Source of the DNA: an uncultured Actinomycetes bacterium
Lineage (GTDB): Bacteria; Actinomycetota; Actinomycetes; Streptosporangiales; Streptosporangiaceae
Direction: 5' to 3'
DNA: 64,000 bases
Assembly: GCA_963726415.1 (NCBI GenBank)
Contig: CAVSCM010000021.1
Coordinates: 65,718 to 129,717, forward strand
Below the pieces are notes generated by a model. It was not told the origin of the DNA. It searched no databases and saw nothing but the letters and a program-made list of their open reading frames with translations. Below, in pieces: positions 59,980 through 64,000 of this stretch. The stretch's first letter is position 1. Every line of letters begins with the position of its first letter. A program made the translations under genes and the position numbers.

Positions 59980-61044
59980 ATGACGGGGGAGACTGACCGA
60001 GTAGGCATGCGGCGTGTGGGCCTGCTGAGTGCCGCGATTGTGGCCGCGGTGGTGGCGCTCGTGCCTGCCGCCGGGTCGGCCGCCAACGGCTCGGTGCAGG
60101 CGCCGCGCGCAGGGGGAGCCTCGGCGCTCCATGCGGCAGCGCCCGGGCCGTTCGTCACCCTGCTGTTCTCGCGCACCGAGATCTCGGCGGCCGACAACTG
60201 CGTGGAGGACGACGCCAACATCGCCACCCTGGACGGGACGGTCGCGCCCTATCTGCAGTCGCTGGGCATGGCGGGGACCGGGACGCTGGTCACGAAAAAG
60301 ACCGGTGACACCACGAGGAACTGCACGCACTACAACGACGACCTGACCGCGTCGTGGGCCGACGCCACCAACCTTGCGCAGAACTTCGGCTGGTCGTTCG
60401 TGTCCCACACCGCCACGTACCCCACCCTCCAGCAGATAGAGAACTTCACCCCGGCTGAGGCGAAGGCGCAAACCTGCGGGAGCGAGGCCACGATCAAGGC
60501 CCATGGGCTGCCCGGCGCGGCGGGGATGATCGCCTATCCCGGCTCGTACACCAAGAACCCGGCGGTCGTGAACCTGCAAACGCAGTACAGCTCGACCTGT
60601 TTCGACTGGGGCCGCCAGTACGACCAGGCCAAGCATGGCGTCACCATGAAATCCCAGGCGACCACGCCGCCGTACTGGCAGTACACCATCGCGGTTGTCG
60701 GCGGTCCCTGCAACGTTCCCTCGCAGCCGTGCTACACCGTCCACGTGCAGAACGGGCGGTACACACTGCCCTCGACGATCATCTCGCGGATTGAGGCCCT
60801 GAAGCCGGGCCAGTGGTACACGCTCCAGGCCTACCTGCTGGTCACCGGCAAGAACCCGAAGTACGCGCATAACAAGATGCGCTGGGACTGCACCTCCTCC
60901 GACCCGGCCCTGCACTGGACGAACACCACGGTGAGGTACTGCTATTCGGACTACCAGCAGATCATCCAGGCCATCGCCGCGGACCCGAGCATCACCGTCA
61001 CCGACCCACTCACCGTGGGCCGTGCGTGGGGCCGCCCCTTCTAG
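59980..61044 (+). CDS. secreted hypothetical Cys-containing protein
   Basis: GGAAGG RBS; signal peptide; 8 Cys. Confidence 0.6.
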   Translation: MTGETDRVGMRRVGLLSAAIVAAVVALVPAAGSAANGSVQAPRAGGASALHAAAPGPFVTLLFSRTEISAADNCVEDDANIATLDGTVAPYLQSLGMAGTGTLVTKKTGDTTRNCTHYNDDLTASWADATNLAQNFGWSFVSHTATYPTLQQIENFTPAEAKAQTCGSEATIKAHGLPGAAGMIAYPGSYTKNPAVVNLQTQYSSTCFDWGRQYDQAKHGVTMKSQATTPPYWQYTIAVVGGPCNVPSQPCYTVHVQNGRYTLPSTIISRIEALKPGQWYTLQAYLLVTGKNPKYAHNKMRWDCTSSDPALHWTNTTVRYCYSDYQQIIQAIAADPSITVTDPLTVGRAWGRPF

Positions 61045-61183
61045 ACCGGCCACGCGAGGGCATCAGGCTCCCGGCCTGGATGCCCACCACCGTCGCGCAC
61101 CGTCGCGGAATGGGAGTCCTGGACCGGCATGGTTGACACGTGGCGGTGGGCCCCGGGCACCACCGCCACGTGTCGGCCGCGCG

Positions 61184-61813
61184 TCAGCGGTGCACGTGCG
61201 AGAGCGGCCCCGCGGCGATGGGGAAGTTCGAGGTGTTCAGCGCCTGGATGCCGGCGTTCTGCTCACCGTTGAACGGGGTGATGGTCGGCGACGTTGCGCC
61301 CGGCTCGCACCCCAGATTGAACGGCACCTGAGGATCGTTGAACCACAGGCCAAGGTGGTACTGGTGGGTGGGCGCGAACGTGGTGGTCCCCCCGGGTGAC
61401 ACCGAGAAGGTCTCGGAGTCGAACACGCCCCGCACCGTGGCGCTGCCGGCGCCGCTGCTGTTGGCCTGGATGTCGGTCTGGTACCACGAGACTCCGAACG
61501 GCTTGCCGGGCTGCTGGATGACGAACAGGTCAAAGCCGGTGTTGGCCGGCATGCCGCTGATGCTGACCACCATCGTGTCGTTGAGCGATCCCGTCGTGAT
61601 TTTCACGTGCCCCGCTGCCTTGGGCAAGCACGCGGCGATGCCCGTGGCGGGCACCAGCTTGAACGAGAACGACGTGGTGACCGCGGGTGTGGTCGAGCCA
61701 GCGGCGGCAGTCACGCCCGCCGCCACGGCAACGGCCAGTGCAGCGGCCAGGATGGCCAGCCTGCCCGGGGCCCGCCTCAGCAGGCGCCGCGCCAGGGAGT
61801 CGGTTGGGTTCAT
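61184..61813 (-). CDS. secreted hypothetical protein
   Basis: N-terminal signal peptide (RRLLRRAPGRLAILAAALAVAVAAG); Ser/Thr/Gly-rich mature region. Confidence 0.6.
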   Translation of the reverse strand: MNPTDSLARRLLRRAPGRLAILAAALAVAVAAGVTAAAGSTTPAVTTSFSFKLVPATGIAACLPKAAGHVKITTGSLNDTMVVSISGMPANTGFDLFVIQQPGKPFGVSWYQTDIQANSSGAGSATVRGVFDSETFSVSPGGTTTFAPTHQYHLGLWFNDPQVPFNLGCEPGATSPTITPFNGEQNAGIQALNTSNFPIAAGPLSHVHR

Positions 61814-61980
61814 GCCAGGTCCTCCTTCTTAGGGCCTGGCGAGCGTAAGCCCGGGACGGCCGGTCTCGCTTCCGGGGGGCCACCTAGTCCGGGCGTGCCG
61901 ACGAACCCACCGCACCCGGGCGCCAGGGTTTCACCGGCCCGGACTGTGGCGCGCGTCAGCCCATCGTCCAGAGCCGGAGC

Positions 61981-62400
61981 TTATCGGGGCTGAGTACCGC
62001 CCAGATGTACTTGATCTTGCCGCCTGCGACGTCGAACGCGTACACCGCCACGGTGTCGCCGTCCAACTGAGCCACCAGGCCAGGCTGGCCGTTGACCCGT
62101 GCGCTCAAGGATCGTCAGGCTGGATGCCGCATCGCCCCGGTCGGCGAAGAAGCGTGCGATCTGCCCGGCGCCTTCGATCGGGCGGAGCACGGCTCTGACA
62201 AGGCCGCCGCCATCGCCGGCCGCCGTAGCGTCGGGGTCAAGCAGGCCGATGAGGGCACCGATGTCCTTGGCCTCCCACGCCCGCTTGAAGTCCGCGACGA
62301 TGCCGGCCTGCCTGGCTGTGGGGGTCGCGATGGCCTGCGGGGTGCGACGGCGAGCTGAGGAGGCCAGGCGATCTACCGGTTCCGGCTGCTGCTTCTGGCG
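61981..62400 (-). pseudogene. SnoaL/NTF2-like domain gene remnant (frameshifted; N-terminal part missing or overlapped)
   Basis: ..FKRAWEAKDIGALIGLLDPDATAAGDGGG.. in one frame, ..VNGQPGLVAQLDGDTVAVYAFDVAGGKIKYIW.. in another. Confidence 0.3.
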
Positions 62401-62544
62401 GCCGGCGTGGACGACTCCGGCGCGGGCCGCCAGTGACCGGGAGGCTGCCCGCCATTCCGTCACCAGTCCAGCCTGGCGGCTAGGTTGCCAGGTACGGCCC
62501 GCCGGGCCGTAAGCCGACTGGACCGCTTTGCAGGAGGTGACGAC

Positions 62545-63426
62545 ATGGTTGCCAGCCAGAACGCCGGTGGGCCGGGTCTGCGGTATGGCGTCAGTTCGAT
62601 GTGCCTGCCGTTGCGCCGGGTACTTGTCCGGCGGCCTGCGACAGTGGGTGATTTCGCCGCCGCGGCCTGGCGACAGCCTGATCCCGCGCTGTTGATGGCG
62701 CAGCACAAGGCGTTCTGTGAACTGCTCGCCAGCCTTGGCTGCGAGGTCGAGGTCGCCGCCGCGGTTGACGGGCTGGTCGACGCCACCTACATCCGGGATC
62801 CCGGACTGGTCACCCAGCGCGGTGGCGTGGTGTTCCAGATGGCCAAGCCGGCCCGGCAGGCGGAACCCGGCCACCTGGGCACGGCGTTGGAGGCGGCAGG
62901 CGTGCCCGTGGTGGCGCGGCTTGACGGCGCGGCACGGGCCGACGGTGGGGACTTCGTCTGGCTGGATCCGCGGACGCTGATCATCGGCCGCAGCTACCGC
63001 ACCAACGCCGCGGGCGTGGCCCAGCTACGCACGATCATGGCCGCCGAGGGGGTCACGGTGGTGTCCGTGGACCTGCCGCACGACCTCGGCCCGGAGCATG
63101 TGTTGCACCTGATGTCGTTCCTCTCGCCGGTCGCCGATGACCTGGCGGTGGTTTACCCGCCGCTGGCGCCGGTCGCGCTCATGGAAACCCTGGCCGATCG
63201 CGGCGTGGCGGTGGTCGCGGTGGATGCCGGCGAATATGCGGCGATGGCCTGCAACGTGCTGGCGGTCCGGCCGCGGCAGGTGGTCATGCTGGAGGGAAAC
63301 CCGATTACCCGGGGGACGCTGGAGCGGCACGGGTGTGAGGTGCACTGTTACGACGGCTCGGAGATCTCGCTGAAGGGCGACGGTGGACCCACCTGCCTGA
63401 CCCAGCCGCTGCTGCGCGCCGACTGA
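62545..63426 (+). CDS. amidinotransferase/DDAH-family (arginine deiminase-type fold) protein
   Basis: CAGGAGGTGA RBS; C-terminal GGGPTCLTQPL catalytic-Cys motif typical of DDAH/ADI. Confidence 0.75.
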   Translation: MVASQNAGGPGLRYGVSSMCLPLRRVLVRRPATVGDFAAAAWRQPDPALLMAQHKAFCELLASLGCEVEVAAAVDGLVDATYIRDPGLVTQRGGVVFQMAKPARQAEPGHLGTALEAAGVPVVARLDGAARADGGDFVWLDPRTLIIGRSYRTNAAGVAQLRTIMAAEGVTVVSVDLPHDLGPEHVLHLMSFLSPVADDLAVVYPPLAPVALMETLADRGVAVVAVDAGEYAAMACNVLAVRPRQVVMLEGNPITRGTLERHGCEVHCYDGSEISLKGDGGPTCLTQPLLRAD

Positions 63427-63566
63427 ACGCAGGCAGGCGCTCGGTCTCCCCTCACCACACCGTCCCGGTAGGGACGCTCACGGCCTTGCTGGCGGTTTGT
63501 CCGGCCCGGTTCCGGGGGGCTTGTATGAGAGCCGCGCTGCACAATTGGCTGCGAGGAGGTTGGACC

Positions 63567-64000
63567 ATGACCGGAGAACCGGGAGCCAGCGATGCATCAC
63601 TCGTGTCCACGGACGAGGACCTCGGCCCGTGGGTGCACGATCCCCGCATCCTTGCCTGGGCAGACGAACACCTACCGGAGTTGCGGCGGTCGGTTTCCGG
63701 GCAGCGGATCCTGCGCTGGAGTCTGGCGATCGGTTTCCTGGTCGGCCTGGCCGCGCACGTCAGTGGCTTCCTGCTCAAGTCGTGGGAGACGACGGAGCCG
63801 CTCAGCCTGGTGGCCGACCTGCTGTATACGCTGGGCTGGGCGCTGTGGACCGGTGTCGTGGTGGTGGTGTTCTTCCAGGTCGTCCCAGAGGTAAAGACGC
63901 GCCAGATCAAGCGGGCGGCCGATGCCTTCGAGGCGGCGCTGCGCGATCAGGCCCGAGCCGGAAGTGGCCAGGCCCCGGACCCGGCGGGCGCCGTGGAAGG
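63567..64000 (+). CDS. membrane protein, 3-prime end beyond the window
   Basis: GAGGAGG RBS; open frame to the window end; 2 TM helices. Confidence 0.5.
   Translation, partial: MTGEPGASDASLVSTDEDLGPWVHDPRILAWADEHLPELRRSVSGQRILRWSLAIGFLVGLAAHVSGFLLKSWETTEPLSLVADLLYTLGWALWTGVVVVVFFQVVPEVKTRQIKRAADAFEAALRDQARAGSGQAPDPAGAVE

Noticed and set aside
59881-61053. 390-aa minus-strand ORF antisense to the secreted Cys-rich protein
   Set aside because: Arg/Gly-rich translation. The plus-strand gene has a signal peptide and a good RBS.

Overview
High-GC (about 70-72%) actinobacterial chromosomal segment, Streptomyces/Frankia-like, with dense coding. At the left end is a conserved housekeeping block: malQ (truncated at the window edge), pepN, an Rv2466c-like DsbA-family protein and rpiB, the gene order also found in mycobacteria. 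In the middle is a hopanoid biosynthesis cluster (hpnC, hpnD, hpnE, a polyprenyl synthase, shc, hpnG and ispH read as one ORF, hpnH). The cluster is unusual because short GC-rich repeat elements sit in-frame inside shc and hpnE, and hpnE and the polyprenyl synthase carry Pro/Gly-rich insertions. Other notable content: a tandem pair of RimK-like ATP-grasp ligases preceded by an unlisted 31-codon ORF (the best candidate here for an undescribed peptide-modification system); a 1300-aa HTH-NB-ARC-WD40 STAND NTPase; two PP2C-type phosphatase genes; an NfeD-flotillin pair; a YciI-like/ECF sigma pair; a PadR operon; a stand-alone AlaRS catalytic-domain paralog beside a decayed IS200/IS605 (tnpA/tnpB) element; and several secreted proteins including a large beta-propeller/FG-GAP protein. 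At least ten genes are broken by single-nucleotide frameshifts while multi-kb genes stay intact. This fits either localized pseudogenization or indel errors in the assembly. I found no rRNA, tRNA or CRISPR array. Most ORFs in the six-frame track that overlap these genes are high-GC open-frame artefacts.
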